A DNA stretch of 64,000 nucleotides. It comes from Candidatus Marinacidobacterales bacterium (lineage in GTDB: Bacteria; Acidobacteriota; Vicinamibacteria; Marinacidobacterales; DATDRI01). Position 1 is the stretch's first letter. Each line of letters opens with the position of its first letter. The stretch spans positions 2,336,001 through 2,400,000 of the forward strand of contig OZ245365.1 of the NCBI GenBank assembly GCA_965226495.1, read 5' to 3'. Below, piece after piece: positions 35,924 through 46,927 of this stretch. A program made the position numbers and the translations under genes. Under the pieces are notes generated by a model. The model did no database searches. It worked only from the letters and a program-made list of their open reading frames with translations, and was not told the origin of the DNA.

Positions 35924-38529
35924 CTACTCGGGGAAGTTCATGCGCCGCAGCAGGTCTTGGAAGCGAGGGTCGGAGCGCAGTGGGTTCCAATACGGGTATG
36001 CCTTAATCATCGTGAAGCCACCGCCGCTGTGTGCTACGGTAAACGCTGTCTCCAGCCATGCAAGGGCTTGCTCCCGCTCGCCCAAGCCGACGTAGATGAG
36101 CGCGATCGTTATGGGCGCCCACTCTTGGCGACTTTCGTTCCAGCGCGCCTTCCATAGCTCAATCGTCTCGCTAGCTTTCTCGGTGTCGCCAGCTTTCGCG
36201 TACGCATAGCCGAGCCAAACACTCCAACTTTCGTCCGAGGTACCGGACTTGATTTCAGCAATGGCCTGCTCGTATTGCCCCGTTTCCGCGTAGGCGAGGC
36301 CGAGCATGCTATGCGCGGGTCGAAAATCTGGGTCTAACTCAAGCGTCATGCGGTAGACGTCGATGGCGTCGTCATAGCGCTGAGCGAAGTAGTACGCTCG
36401 TCCCAAATCGACGTTCATACGGAGCGAAAGCGGATCTAGCAGCAGGGCTATGCGCATCGCCGCGATGCCTTCTTCTTGTCGGCCCATAGCCGCCAAGAAG
36501 CTAGCGTACCGGTGGTGGGCCATCGCGTAGTTGGGCTTCAGCTCATCGCTCTCAGCAGCTCCCTTTCTCCGCTCAGATAGTCACGCTCGTACTCCCAGAG
36601 CACTGCACCCAAGGAGACATGTGCTTCCGCCAGGGTCTCGTCTAGCTCCAGCGCCTTCAGAGCGACGGCTTTGGCTTGGGGCTTCACCTCGTCACTCGGG
36701 CGTTCTCCATAATTGCCGAGGAGGATATAGGTGTCGGCCAGCGCGACATAACCAAGGGCGTATTGTGGGTCCACTCTAACGGTGTACTCAAAATGCTCAA
36801 CCGCTGACTTTAGCCCCTCGGGGGACCTCTTTTCGAAGAAATACCGGCCCTTGAGATAGGCCTGGTAAGCCTCGGGGTTGACCGGGCGTGCGCCGGTCAG
36901 CTGCTTCAACTCAGCCGGCGTCAACCGGATTTGAATCGCCTGAGCGATGGCCTGGGTCACCTCGCCTTGTACGGAAAAAATGTCCCGGACGTCGCGTTCA
37001 TAATCGTCCGCCCATAGTTTCCGCTCCGTTTCCGCCTCGATGAGCTGCGCCGTGATCTGCACCCGGTCTCCCGCCAGCAGAATCGAGCCCTCCAACACCG
37101 CATCCACATTCAGCTCACGGGCAATCTCCGGCAGAGTCTTCCCCGTGCCTTTGTACCGCATCGCCGAGGTTCTCGAGATCACTTTCAGTGCTCCGATCTG
37201 CGCCAGGTCAGAAATCAGCGCCTCGGTTATCCCGTCGGAAAAATACTCCTGCTCCGGATCGCCGGAAACGTTCTTCAGTGGCAAAACCGCGACCGATCGA
37301 ATCCCACTCACCCCGCCCAGATTCCGGTCTCGAATTTCGCCGACGTTCAAACCGACCACGGCAAGAAGCGTTGCAAGTAAACCGCCCATGGCGATCATCG
37401 CGCTGCGTCGCAGCCATAACCCAGGCGCCATCCCGCTGAGACCATCCCGGACCTGCTCCAGCTGCTTCGCTACGTCATCCGTTGAGGCGTAGCGACCTTC
37501 GGGCTCCTTCACTAGGCACCGCGCGACCGTACGCCGGAAACTCCCTGGGAGACTTGGATCGAGCCGCGTCATCGGTTCGGCTTTCCGCTCGATAATGGCA
37601 GCCAGCGTCGCGGCTGCCGTGTCCCGCTTGAACGGCGGTTTTCCGGTCGCCATTTCGTACAGAATCAATCCCAAGGAAAACTGATCGGAGCGATAATCCA
37701 CGGAACGTCCGCTCGCCTGCTCCGGGGACATGTACTTCACCGTTCCTAGAATCATGCCCGCCTGCGTGTCCACCTTGATCTCCGTCTCGGATTGGATTTC
37801 CACCAGCGGACCCGTCAGCTTGGCCAGCCCGAAGTCCAGAATTTTCACCAACCCGTCGCTCGTCACCATCAGGTTCTCGGGCTTGAGATCCCGATGCACG
37901 ATCCCCGCGGCGTGAGCCTTAGCCAAGCCCTCGGCAATTTGGGTGGCGATTGGCAGAAGCTTCTTGGTGGGCAGGGGAGCGCCGCCGAGAATGTCCCTCA
38001 GCGTCTTGCCCTCCACGTGCTCCATCGCGATGAAGGGCGTGCCTTCGTACTCTCCGATTTCGTAGATAGTAATGATATTCGGATGGTTGAGAGCGGATGC
38101 CGATCGGGCTTCTTGCTCGAATCGCCTCAGCCCGTCCGGGTCTGAAGTCCACTTTTGCCGCAAGACTTTGATGGCGACATCACGGCCCAGCGCTTGGTCT
38201 CTTGCTAGGTACACTTCCCCCATGCCGCCACGGCCCTTCTTCGCTAGGATTTTGTAATGCGAGAGAACTCGTCCAACGAGCTCGGGTTCTTCCCCGACGT
38301 CGGATGTCGCTGACCCTGAGGGGCCCCTAGGATCTCGCAGTCCGCTAGCGGGGGGCCCTTCGAGAAAGCTCTCCGCCGCTTCCCGGTAGGCGAGAAGCGA
38401 GTCGACTTCTTCCCTAAGTTCCGGGTCGCCGGCACAAGCTTTCTCCAGGTAGTGGCTCCTCTTGTTAGGTGGCAGCTCCAACGCGTCTTCCAGAATTGTT
38501 CTGACCCGCTGCCATCGGTCCGGCTTCAT
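35924..38529 (-). pseudogene. ECF-associated Ser/Thr kinase + TolB-N-like + TPR, split by a 1-nt frameshift near 36545
   Basis: ORFs 36538..38529 and 35924..36523 join as ELLRA(M/I)ELKPNYAMAHHRY if one base is restored; may be a sequencing error. Confidence 0.85.
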
Positions 38530-39107
38530 CGCGTCGGACTCCCTTCGATCTCGCGGCGCAGCCAGATCTTGGCCGTAAGCCATCCCCGTTTGACCGTGGC
38601 GGGCGAAATATCAAGGACCTCCGCCGTCTCCGGGATAGTCAACCCCCCAAAAAATTTCAACTCGACCAGTCGGCTCAGCGTGGAGTCTCTGTCGGAGAGG
38701 CGATTCAAAGCTTCGTCGAGAGCCACCAGATCCAATCCCTTCTGATCATTGACGACTCCAATCGCTTCGTTAAACACGACGGTGCTCTCGCCGCCGCCGC
38801 GCTTCTGCGCCCGTTTACGACGAGCGTTGTCGACCAGGATGTTGCGCATGGTCTGCGCAGCAATGCCAAAAAAATGAGCCCGATTCTGCCAGCCGATCTG
38901 TTTCTGATCGATCAGCCGAATAAACGCTTCATTGATCAGGGCGGTGGTTTGCAAAGAGTGTCCGGCAGGCTGTCGTCTCAGGAATCCATGAGCCAGTCGT
39001 CGCAGCTCCGCATAAACGAGGGGAATCAGCTTGTCGAGTGCGTCACGGTTCCCGTTGCTCCAATCGATGAGCAACTGGGTTACTTCGTTTGACGAAGCTT
39101 CTGTCAT
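38526..39107 (-). CDS. ECF sigma-70 factor (kinase-associated, TIGR02999-like)
   Basis: EVTQLL.DWS.G...ALDKLIPLVYAELRRLA, HSLQTTALINEA, WQNRAHFFG.AA..MR.ILVD.AR, FFGGLT..ETAEVL..S.ATVKR.W. Confidence 0.93.
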   Translation of the reverse strand: MTEASSNEVTQLLIDWSNGNRDALDKLIPLVYAELRRLAHGFLRRQPAGHSLQTTALINEAFIRLIDQKQIGWQNRAHFFGIAAQTMRNILVDNARRKRAQKRGGGESTVVFNEAIGVVNDQKGLDLVALDEALNRLSDRDSTLSRLVELKFFGGLTIPETAEVLDISPATVKRGWLTAKIWLRREIEGSPTR

Positions 39108-39226
39108 GGCGTACTCACGGGAGCTCCGGGCGCTCCCGGACAGGCGGGTCAGGGACGATGAAAATATCACCTGGGTTCAATAGAATCAAACCCTTCCAAC
39201 TCATCCGCGACAAACTTTGACCGGGC

Positions 39227-39282
39227 GTGAGCCGATCCGGCGTTCGAATACGAATTAGTTCAATAGAGGAGCGGACGCTCGG
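39227..39282 (+). promoter_or_regulatory. 56-bp motif copy 1, candidate ECF promoter
   Basis: GTGAGCCGATCCGGCGTTCGAATACGAATTAGTTCAATAGAGGAGCGGACGCTCGG, upstream of 39395 and divergent from the ECF gene. Confidence 0.75.
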
Positions 39283-39394
39283 GGTAAGAGCGGGCTAAAT
39301 GGGAATGGTGTTCTGGTCCACGAAGGCCTGACGAGTCTCCGCGCCTTATCCTAGCCAACCTGCCGACGCGGACCGACGAAGCAGGGAGGGTTTC

Positions 39395-42300
39395 GTGAAA
39401 AGCAGAGGAAAGATATCCGCGCGTCCTCTCCAAGGCACGAGTGGGCGAAAGTGCCGGCGCTTAGGCCGACGGGCGCGAGCCAGCACCATCCCAGTTCTGG
39501 CGGCGCTTGTTTTCTCCATGCTCGTTCCGAGGGTTGGCGAGGCCGCCTTCACCAAAGATCGGATGAGCAAGACCCCGATCACCGCGGGGCTTCGCACCAG
39601 CTTCTCGCTGCATGACGGCCAGGTGTTGGGTTGGGGCCTTGATCTGGTGGGCAGCATGGGTACCGGCCTTCCACCACAGTCCAACCGGCCCCTGCCGACT
39701 CCAGTCGCAGGACTCGACAGCGTGGTGGCCATATCGACGACTTACTTGCACACCCTTGCCCTCAAGGACGACGGGACGGTGTGGGCCTGGGGCTTCAATC
39801 AAACCGGGCAGTTGGGCACGGGCGACACCTCGTCCAGCGACGTCCCGATCCAGGTACTAGGACTCCCTCCGATCAAAGCCGTCGCCGCAGGGAAGGCGCA
39901 CAGCCTAGCCGTGGACGAGGCCGGGGCCGTCTGGGCATGGGGATGCAACGCCTTCGGTGAGCTGGGCCTCGGCACGTCGGGCGGGGGGTTCGTCACCTTT
40001 ACGACGACTCCGGCAAAGATCCCGACGCTTTCCAACATCACGGAGGTCGCCGCCGGATGGTTTCACAGCCTGGCTGTCGACGACTCGGGGCAAGTCTGGG
40101 CGTGGGGCCGGAATGGTTTCGGGCAGATCGGGATCGGCACCTTCTCGTTCGACGAGCCCGTTCCCAAGCTAGCGACCGGGCTCAGCGGAATCGTCCAGGT
40201 GCGTGCAGGGAAAAGCCACAGCCTGGCGCTCGACGACTCTTGGCAAGTCTGGGCATTCGGCCGCGATATTTTGGGCCAATTGGGAGAGGGGTCGACGTGG
40301 ATCGATCGAAACACTCCGACCCTCCTGCCAACGCTTCCGCCCATCGTCTCGATCGCCGCCGGGGAAGACCACAACCTCGCGGCCGATGTCGACGGCAGGG
40401 TATGGGCCTGGGGCGACGATTCGTCGGGCCAGCTCGGCGACGGGGGAGGGCCGAACCGGTTCACGCCGATCGAGGTTACGGGGTTGCGGGACGTGATCGT
40501 CGACGTCGCCGCCGGGTCCGATCACAGCCACGCCGTGAGCATCCATGGAGTGGACTACGGTTGGGGGGACAATTTCCACGGCCAGGTCGGAAACGGCACC
40601 GCCAGTCTGAACCACATTCCGTTTTTCCCGACCAAGGCCGTCTTCCACTTCCCCTACCAAGTTCTCGTGGTGATGCTGACTGCCGCGCCGGTCACGGACA
40701 TTTCCGGGATCGAAGGCGATATGTCTCGGTTGGCGGAGGACATCGGGCGGTTGTCATTCGGCAAGGTTTTGATGGAGTTCGATTACGCGGGCCCCTTCGT
40801 CGCCGACCCGATTGCCGACATCGGTTGTAACCGGGACAGCGGCGACTCGGCGCTAACGAAGCAGTACACGGTCGAGCGCGCCTTCGTAGAAGGCTTCGAA
40901 GTAGAAAAGTATGCACATATCTACATTCGGTGGCACCAGAATCTGAGTCCCCCGTGCCGGGCCGGTCAGAATGGCAGTATCCCTTCGATCGACTACAGCG
41001 GAGGTACGTTGATTGGTACCGGCATCTCCGTTGCATCGGGGATCGACTTTCGCAGCACTAAGAACCGTCACGTTTTGGCACACGAGTTCCTGCACGGTTA
41101 CGGCTCGGGTCCTCCGGGCGCCGTGGTGCCCGAAGTCGCCGGGCTGTCTTGCTTCCCCGGTCCCGCCTTTGAGTTCTCGAGTTCTACCGCCGGCAGCTCG
41201 GGCCATCCGTGCACGGGTCTCCGTTTTCTCGCCCCCATGGATGTCTTAACCGATGGCGCGACCCAGGCGTCAAACACCGACGCCGCACCGAACCTGAACG
41301 GCGTCCTCAAGAACTGGTTTCGATGGGTGTCTCCGGCGGACACGGCGTTTGTGGAAACCGGCGGGATCTTCGACTTATATCCACTCGATGATGACGCCTT
41401 GCAGGAAGAGACTTACGTGATCCGGATGCCGGTGACCGGGACGGTGCCGGCCGGGAGAATCCAAGAATACGTCTTGGAATACAGGAAGCAGGCCCGGGTG
41501 GGACTCCCGCCCGACAACGCTATTCGAGCCGGTGTGTATCTCTTCCTAAGTCAGTCCTTCCCAGACCGCGTACCCAAGTCTCTCGTTCTAAGGACGCAGG
41601 ACGATCTAACCACCGTGGATTCGATCACGCCCCTTTCGACGATCGTGCCGACCATCGTGGATCCGAGCGGCCTGTTGGTGGAGGTCGTGGAGATCAACCC
41701 CGATTTCGCCAGGGTCTGCATCGGGTTTTCGTCCTTCTGCGATTCGGATAACGATGGGATCGCGAGCGTTATTGATACCGAGCCGAACGTCTTCTCCGAC
41801 GATTTTGACGACGGAACGACTACGGGGACCATCACAAGTCGGGGCGATCAGGTACTTTCCCTAACCGATTCCACAGAACCTTCTCCCGACGACGGGGTCC
41901 GAGTCGCAGCGGATCCCTCGGGCGGATCCACCGCGGCGATGATCAGCGCCTGCGGGGGAGCCGCTCAGTACACCGTGAATGCCGGGGAGAACGTCTTCAT
42001 CGCGACGTGCGGTAGCGTCACCACGACGGTGATCGAGGGCATCGTCGCCGTCGGGCTTTTGGCCGATGACGGCACGAGCTCTGCCACGGCGAGCCTGAGC
42101 AGTGGCACCACGCTCGTCTTCGATCCGGAGACCTTTACGATGTCCGCACCGCCAACGAATCTCGGTATCGCATCGGTCGTGATCCTCGGACAGCAATACC
42201 TGCTGGCTCCCGGTGCAGCAGTGAGGGGAGTGGATATCGATATCAAGCCCGGCAGCGATCCCAACTGTTTCACCAGTGATGGTCACGGCAGTATTCCGAT

Positions 42301-42568
42301 CGCTATTTTGAGCAGTGTCGACTTCGACGCTAGGGAAGTTGACCCGTCGACGGTTAATCTGGATGGACAAGACGTCCGAGTCGTAGGGAAGGGCAACATG
42401 CAAGCACACATCGAGGATGTAAACAATGATGGGCTTGACGACCTACTGGTTCAAATAGAAGACCTGGACGGGACCTTTCAAGAGGGAGATTCAACCGCAA
42501 CGGTCACCGGCGAACTGTTCGATGGCACACTTATCCAGGGGACCGATTCTATCTGTATCGTTCCGTAG
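39395..42568 (+). CDS. secreted RCC1-repeat beta-propeller + HExxH zinc metallopeptidase + shared C-terminal domain
   Basis: About 7 repeats AAG..HSLA.D..G.VWAWG.N..GQLG; VLAHEFLHGYG; C-terminal IDIKPG...GTDSICIVP; GGAGG RBS before GTG. Confidence 0.85.
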   Translation: MKSRGKISARPLQGTSGRKCRRLGRRARASTIPVLAALVFSMLVPRVGEAAFTKDRMSKTPITAGLRTSFSLHDGQVLGWGLDLVGSMGTGLPPQSNRPLPTPVAGLDSVVAISTTYLHTLALKDDGTVWAWGFNQTGQLGTGDTSSSDVPIQVLGLPPIKAVAAGKAHSLAVDEAGAVWAWGCNAFGELGLGTSGGGFVTFTTTPAKIPTLSNITEVAAGWFHSLAVDDSGQVWAWGRNGFGQIGIGTFSFDEPVPKLATGLSGIVQVRAGKSHSLALDDSWQVWAFGRDILGQLGEGSTWIDRNTPTLLPTLPPIVSIAAGEDHNLAADVDGRVWAWGDDSSGQLGDGGGPNRFTPIEVTGLRDVIVDVAAGSDHSHAVSIHGVDYGWGDNFHGQVGNGTASLNHIPFFPTKAVFHFPYQVLVVMLTAAPVTDISGIEGDMSRLAEDIGRLSFGKVLMEFDYAGPFVADPIADIGCNRDSGDSALTKQYTVERAFVEGFEVEKYAHIYIRWHQNLSPPCRAGQNGSIPSIDYSGGTLIGTGISVASGIDFRSTKNRHVLAHEFLHGYGSGPPGAVVPEVAGLSCFPGPAFEFSSSTAGSSGHPCTGLRFLAPMDVLTDGATQASNTDAAPNLNGVLKNWFRWVSPADTAFVETGGIFDLYPLDDDALQEETYVIRMPVTGTVPAGRIQEYVLEYRKQARVGLPPDNAIRAGVYLFLSQSFPDRVPKSLVLRTQDDLTTVDSITPLSTIVPTIVDPSGLLVEVVEINPDFARVCIGFSSFCDSDNDGIASVIDTEPNVFSDDFDDGTTTGTITSRGDQVLSLTDSTEPSPDDGVRVAADPSGGSTAAMISACGGAAQYTVNAGENVFIATCGSVTTTVIEGIVAVGLLADDGTSSATASLSSGTTLVFDPETFTMSAPPTNLGIASVVILGQQYLLAPGAAVRGVDIDIKPGSDPNCFTSDGHGSIPIAILSSVDFDAREVDPSTVNLDGQDVRVVGKGNMQAHIEDVNNDGLDDLLVQIEDLDGTFQEGDSTATVTGELFDGTLIQGTDSICIVP

Positions 42569-42646
42569 GGTACCGGACTGATGACGGAGCGGTCCACGCC
42601 TGCCTGAAGGAGCATCACGGCCCTGGTGTGACGAAGCAGGTGAAGT

Positions 42647-42702
42647 GTGAGCCGATCCGGCGTTCGAATACGAACTAGTTAGATAGAGGAGCGGACACTC
42701 GG
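42647..42702 (+). promoter_or_regulatory. 56-bp motif copy 2
   Basis: 4 mismatches to copy 1; upstream of 42768. Confidence 0.75.
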
Positions 42703-42767
42703 GAGAAAAGCCGCGCTATCTCGCCGTCAACGTCCCACAGGTGTCGTAAACCGCATAGGAGGAAGCC

Positions 42768-45700
42768 ATGAAGTTTCTGCGTGTGATTCTCTTGATTGGG
42801 TCAACGATGCTGGTTCCAACATCCCTTGCGAGTGCTCATCAATCCCCGGAACAGAGCTTTACCGGGCCGATCAACCAGTCGCTCAATATCAACGCTTTCC
42901 AGCTGGCGCAAGAGTTCACCCCAACCGTATCGAACCTCGTTGCTGTAGACATTCTGCTGGATGAGCCGACTCGGCCTATTGGCCAGACGGGCACCATAAC
43001 GGTAATTATCAAATCAGGGGACGGGACGGAACTCGGCTCAACGAGCCAGCTTGTGACCACCATTGGAGGCAGTTTTGCCAACCCGCACACCGTCCACTTC
43101 GACTTCGCGGCACCCGTCATCTTGACCCCGGAGCAAACCCACCTCATCGAGGTTCAGTCAGCGGAGCTCCTCTTCAACTGGGGCGCTCAAGCAGCTTTCA
43201 CCGACCCTTATACACGGGGACGTGCAATCGTTGACGGTAATCCCGAGCCGACCTTGGGACGACCAGAACCGACCCGGGACTTTGGCTTCACAACGTACTC
43301 TGAAGAGCCTCCTCCTCCTCCGTGCACCGAAACCATTGCGTTTGTGACCGAGCGCGACGCCGGTAGGCTCTCCGCGGTCGACCTTGCTTCGGGCAACATC
43401 CCTTTTCTGATTGGCCCACCGCGTTTGAGCAAGCCTCGGGGTGTTACCCTCAATGCGGCAGAGTCCAATGTCTTCATGACCGACCTCGACACTGGTCAGA
43501 TCGCGATCTTCGACTTCGCCACGGGCGTTCTCTCCCAGTTGTCTTTCGGGTTGACGACCCCGGTTGGGTTGGCCCTCAACGACGATGAAGACACCCTCTT
43601 CGTGACCGACCGCGACACCGGCGGGCTCTCGGCAGTCGATCCCCTCACGCGCGCGACCACCCCAGTGACGAGCAGCCTGAGTGGGCCGAGAAACGTCGTC
43701 CTCAACGCCGCCGAAGACACTGCTTTCGTGACGGAGGCGGACCGGCTCGTGGCGGTCAACCTCACCGCCGGGCCGACATTTGGCGCCATCATGCCGATCG
43801 CAGAAGGGCTCGATATGGCGGATGGTTTGGCCATCAACGCCGCCGAAACGACGGCATTCGTGACACAAGTCGCGAGTGGTGAGCTCTCCGCGATCGATCT
43901 CACCGCCGGGCCGACATTTGGCACCGTCTCCACGATAACGACCAACCTGACGACTCCCGTGGGTCTCGCCCTAAGTTCCGATGAGACCACTGTCTTCGTG
44001 GTCGAGCGCGACAGCGGAGAGCTGTCGGCGGTCGACGTGACCCCGGATGGCATGGGCGGGGTTACGCTTATTGCGGCCGGCCTGACCACCCCGGTCGGTG
44101 TGGCCCTCGGTTGTGGGGCGGGCACGATACAGATCCCGCTCCGGTGGTGCGCAGTGGATAGAGCTCCATCAATCGACAATCCCGGGCAGGTCCTTGAGAG
44201 CAGCACGGATGACGTCCTCGTGAGGCGTCATGAGCGGGTGAACGACAACATCTTTCTCCACCAGTCCCGAATAGCCTTCCGTTCTGGAGCCACCGTGGAC
44301 CTACCTCATCTGCCGATCATCCCAGATCCCGACACGAGTATAGGACTGCCAGGCGACGTATTCTTCCTCACCGACTTGTCTGGCCCCAAGGATGTTGCCC
44401 TCAACACTGCGGAGACGAAGTTGTTCGTGAACGAATCCAATACAGGTGAGCTCTCCGAATTCGACCTCACCATGAGAACGATCACAACAAAAGCCTCCGG
44501 TCTGAGGTCCCCGTCCGGACTTGCCCTCTTCGCCGGGGGTTCGAAAGCCTTGGTGACCGAGAATGTCTCGCGCTTGTTGGGTGGGCAGCTCTCGGAGGTC
44601 GACCTCGACAGCGGGATGGTCAGGACAGTTGTCCCCGCCGATTTGAGTCTGGGCTTTGGACTCGGCGGGGTTGCTTTGAACGCCGCCGAGACGAAGGCCT
44701 ATGTGGCCGAGGGGGAGAGCGGCAAGCTATCAGAGATCGTCCTTGCCACGGGCAGCATCAGGGTCATTGCCTCCGGTCTGAGTAGCCCCTTCGGGGTTGC
44801 CCTCAAGGCCCCCGAGTCACCTGTTGAGGATGAGACGCATGCGTTTGTGACCGAACGGGGCAGTCCCGGTAAGCTCTCGGAGGTCGAGCTCCTCACGGGC
44901 AACGTCCGCGAGATCACTTCGGCTCTTCGTTTCCCCGGTGACCTCGCCCTCATCGCCGGGGAGACGAAGGCCTTGGTGGCCGACTTCACGGAGCTGGTGG
45001 AGGTCGATCTCGAAAGCGGCATGATCACCACCAAGGCCTCCAGTCTAAATGGGGTGGCATCGACACTCGCCGTCAACAATGCAGAGACGAAGGCCTTCGT
45101 ACTAGAGGTCCAAACGCGCGAGATCTCGGAGGTTGACCTCACCACCACCACGCCCCCAAACGTTACCAACCTCTTCACACCCACGATGGATTACAACGAG
45201 TCTCAACGTCTCACAAACGCCTGTAGGACGGTATGGGAGGCCGGAGATCCGACCGTAACTGGCATTCCGGCTGTTCACATAAGGCTGTTTGTCGACGCCG
45301 ACGGAGATCCAATAGGCACGATAGGGCTTGCCTTGGGAGGCGCCATTGTGATCGATAACGCATTCCTACTCCCGTGCACGCAGCAACCCACCTCCTCCTG
45401 TTTGGCGGTTAATAACGATCCTGTGGACAAACTGCTGGGCCATGAGCTGGGCCACGAGCTCGGCCTGGGGCATGGCAACGGCCTAGACGACGACGGTGAC
45501 GGCCAGATAGACGAGCCCGGCGAACTCGAACCACCCGGCGATCGGAACCTCATGGAAAGCAACCTCCCCGCGATTGAGATAACCACGGCCCAAAGCCTCA
45601 TAATGCGCGGTGTGGCTCAGTCGATTCCGGACGCGGAGGTGAATCCCTCACCGCTAACACTCGCTAGCAGTCGCACGGACCCACTTGGCGATGTACCGGC

Positions 45701-46844
45701 GGGACAGGAGTTCATCGACATTGATAGCTTTGGCGTGAGCCAGCACAAGGGAATAACTACGCTGTCTCTGTCCGTCGCGGGACTCTTTCCTGAGAGCATT
45801 GCCGACCTGAAGTACTTTTTCGTGGCGGACCTAGATGACGATCCGTCCACGGGAGGCTCACCCCCCGGAGTTCCCAGCAGCTTTGCAGGGGCAGAGCTCG
45901 CCGGTTCGGTTCGAGTCGACGTAAGCGAAGGGATTGCGACGGCGACCCCCACGGTCTTGAAGTTTCAGGCGAGCTCGAGCTCTTTCGTCACGGTTGTAGA
46001 CCCAAGCATCCAGGCGCGGGTCCTGACGCGGCGCGTCCGATTCCAGGGACTGCCTCTCCCGGGAGCGCTGACCGAGGACGACGTCGGACAGGAGATTCGA
46101 TTGGAGTTCGCTAACGCGGTGAGCGGTCCGTTGGCCAACGACATTCGACTCGAAGCTATCGCCGAAGGCCCGGGCGGGAGCGACACGGCTTCCGCGTCGC
46201 TGACGTTCCGCAAGCCCCTCTTCGCCAGCTGTACGGCCGATCCCCCATCGACGCCCACCGCGACCCAGGTGACGGTCACTGCCCAAGGCCTTCCCCCTTT
46301 TGGAATCGGTGAGGTTTTTCTCGGCACCGACCTTGTGGCGGATGGCGCCATCGACGGCGTCGGCCGCGCCAGCTTCAGTTTCGACATCCCGATCGACAGC
46401 CCAGGCGGGACCCGCTCGGTGACCGTCCACGTGGTCGATACGGCCATCACCGCCGATTGCGCCGTCACCGTGGAGGCAGCGTCTGTCGGCATCGACATCA
46501 AGCCAGGCAAGCTCCCGAACAGCGTCTCCTTGAATGACAGGGGCAACCTCCCGGTGGCCATCTTGGGGAGCGCCGAGCTCGATGTCACGACGATCGATCC
46601 GGACACGATCGAGCTTGGGGGCGTGAAGCCAGCCACCCGCGGATCGGCGCGCAATCCGAAGCCGGCCATCTCCTATAAGGACGTCAACTCAGACGGCGAC
46701 ACCGACCTGATCGCCTTCTTCAGGGTGCAGGACCTAGTCGATGCAGGCGTGCTGAGCCCGACGACAGCGCGCATGACCCTGGGGGCGAAAATCGTCGACG
46801 GAGGACCGTTAGAAGGAACCGACTCGGTCAATGTGGTTCCATAA
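42768..46844 (+). CDS. secreted YVTN/NHL-like beta-propeller metzincin with shared C-terminal domain
   Basis: Signal peptide ASA; repeats L..P.G.ALN..E..AFVTE..SG.LS.VDL; HELGHELGLGH + NLM Met-turn; C-terminal IDIKPG...GTDSVNVVP. Confidence 0.85.
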   Translation: MKFLRVILLIGSTMLVPTSLASAHQSPEQSFTGPINQSLNINAFQLAQEFTPTVSNLVAVDILLDEPTRPIGQTGTITVIIKSGDGTELGSTSQLVTTIGGSFANPHTVHFDFAAPVILTPEQTHLIEVQSAELLFNWGAQAAFTDPYTRGRAIVDGNPEPTLGRPEPTRDFGFTTYSEEPPPPPCTETIAFVTERDAGRLSAVDLASGNIPFLIGPPRLSKPRGVTLNAAESNVFMTDLDTGQIAIFDFATGVLSQLSFGLTTPVGLALNDDEDTLFVTDRDTGGLSAVDPLTRATTPVTSSLSGPRNVVLNAAEDTAFVTEADRLVAVNLTAGPTFGAIMPIAEGLDMADGLAINAAETTAFVTQVASGELSAIDLTAGPTFGTVSTITTNLTTPVGLALSSDETTVFVVERDSGELSAVDVTPDGMGGVTLIAAGLTTPVGVALGCGAGTIQIPLRWCAVDRAPSIDNPGQVLESSTDDVLVRRHERVNDNIFLHQSRIAFRSGATVDLPHLPIIPDPDTSIGLPGDVFFLTDLSGPKDVALNTAETKLFVNESNTGELSEFDLTMRTITTKASGLRSPSGLALFAGGSKALVTENVSRLLGGQLSEVDLDSGMVRTVVPADLSLGFGLGGVALNAAETKAYVAEGESGKLSEIVLATGSIRVIASGLSSPFGVALKAPESPVEDETHAFVTERGSPGKLSEVELLTGNVREITSALRFPGDLALIAGETKALVADFTELVEVDLESGMITTKASSLNGVASTLAVNNAETKAFVLEVQTREISEVDLTTTTPPNVTNLFTPTMDYNESQRLTNACRTVWEAGDPTVTGIPAVHIRLFVDADGDPIGTIGLALGGAIVIDNAFLLPCTQQPTSSCLAVNNDPVDKLLGHELGHELGLGHGNGLDDDGDGQIDEPGELEPPGDRNLMESNLPAIEITTAQSLIMRGVAQSIPDAEVNPSPLTLASSRTDPLGDVPAGQEFIDIDSFGVSQHKGITTLSLSVAGLFPESIADLKYFFVADLDDDPSTGGSPPGVPSSFAGAELAGSVRVDVSEGIATATPTVLKFQASSSSFVTVVDPSIQARVLTRRVRFQGLPLPGALTEDDVGQEIRLEFANAVSGPLANDIRLEAIAEGPGGSDTASASLTFRKPLFASCTADPPSTPTATQVTVTAQGLPPFGIGEVFLGTDLVADGAIDGVGRASFSFDIPIDSPGGTRSVTVHVVDTAITADCAVTVEAASVGIDIKPGKLPNSVSLNDRGNLPVAILGSAELDVTTIDPDTIELGGVKPATRGSARNPKPAISYKDVNSDGDTDLIAFFRVQDLVDAGVLSPTTARMTLGAKIVDGGPLEGTDSVNVVP

Positions 46845-46927
46845 GGTTGCGGCTCCGAAAGGGGCTGGCGGAGACGCAACTCTGTCCGGACCAGTCCGAC
46901 TTTTCCCACCACAAACTTTGGCGCTCC

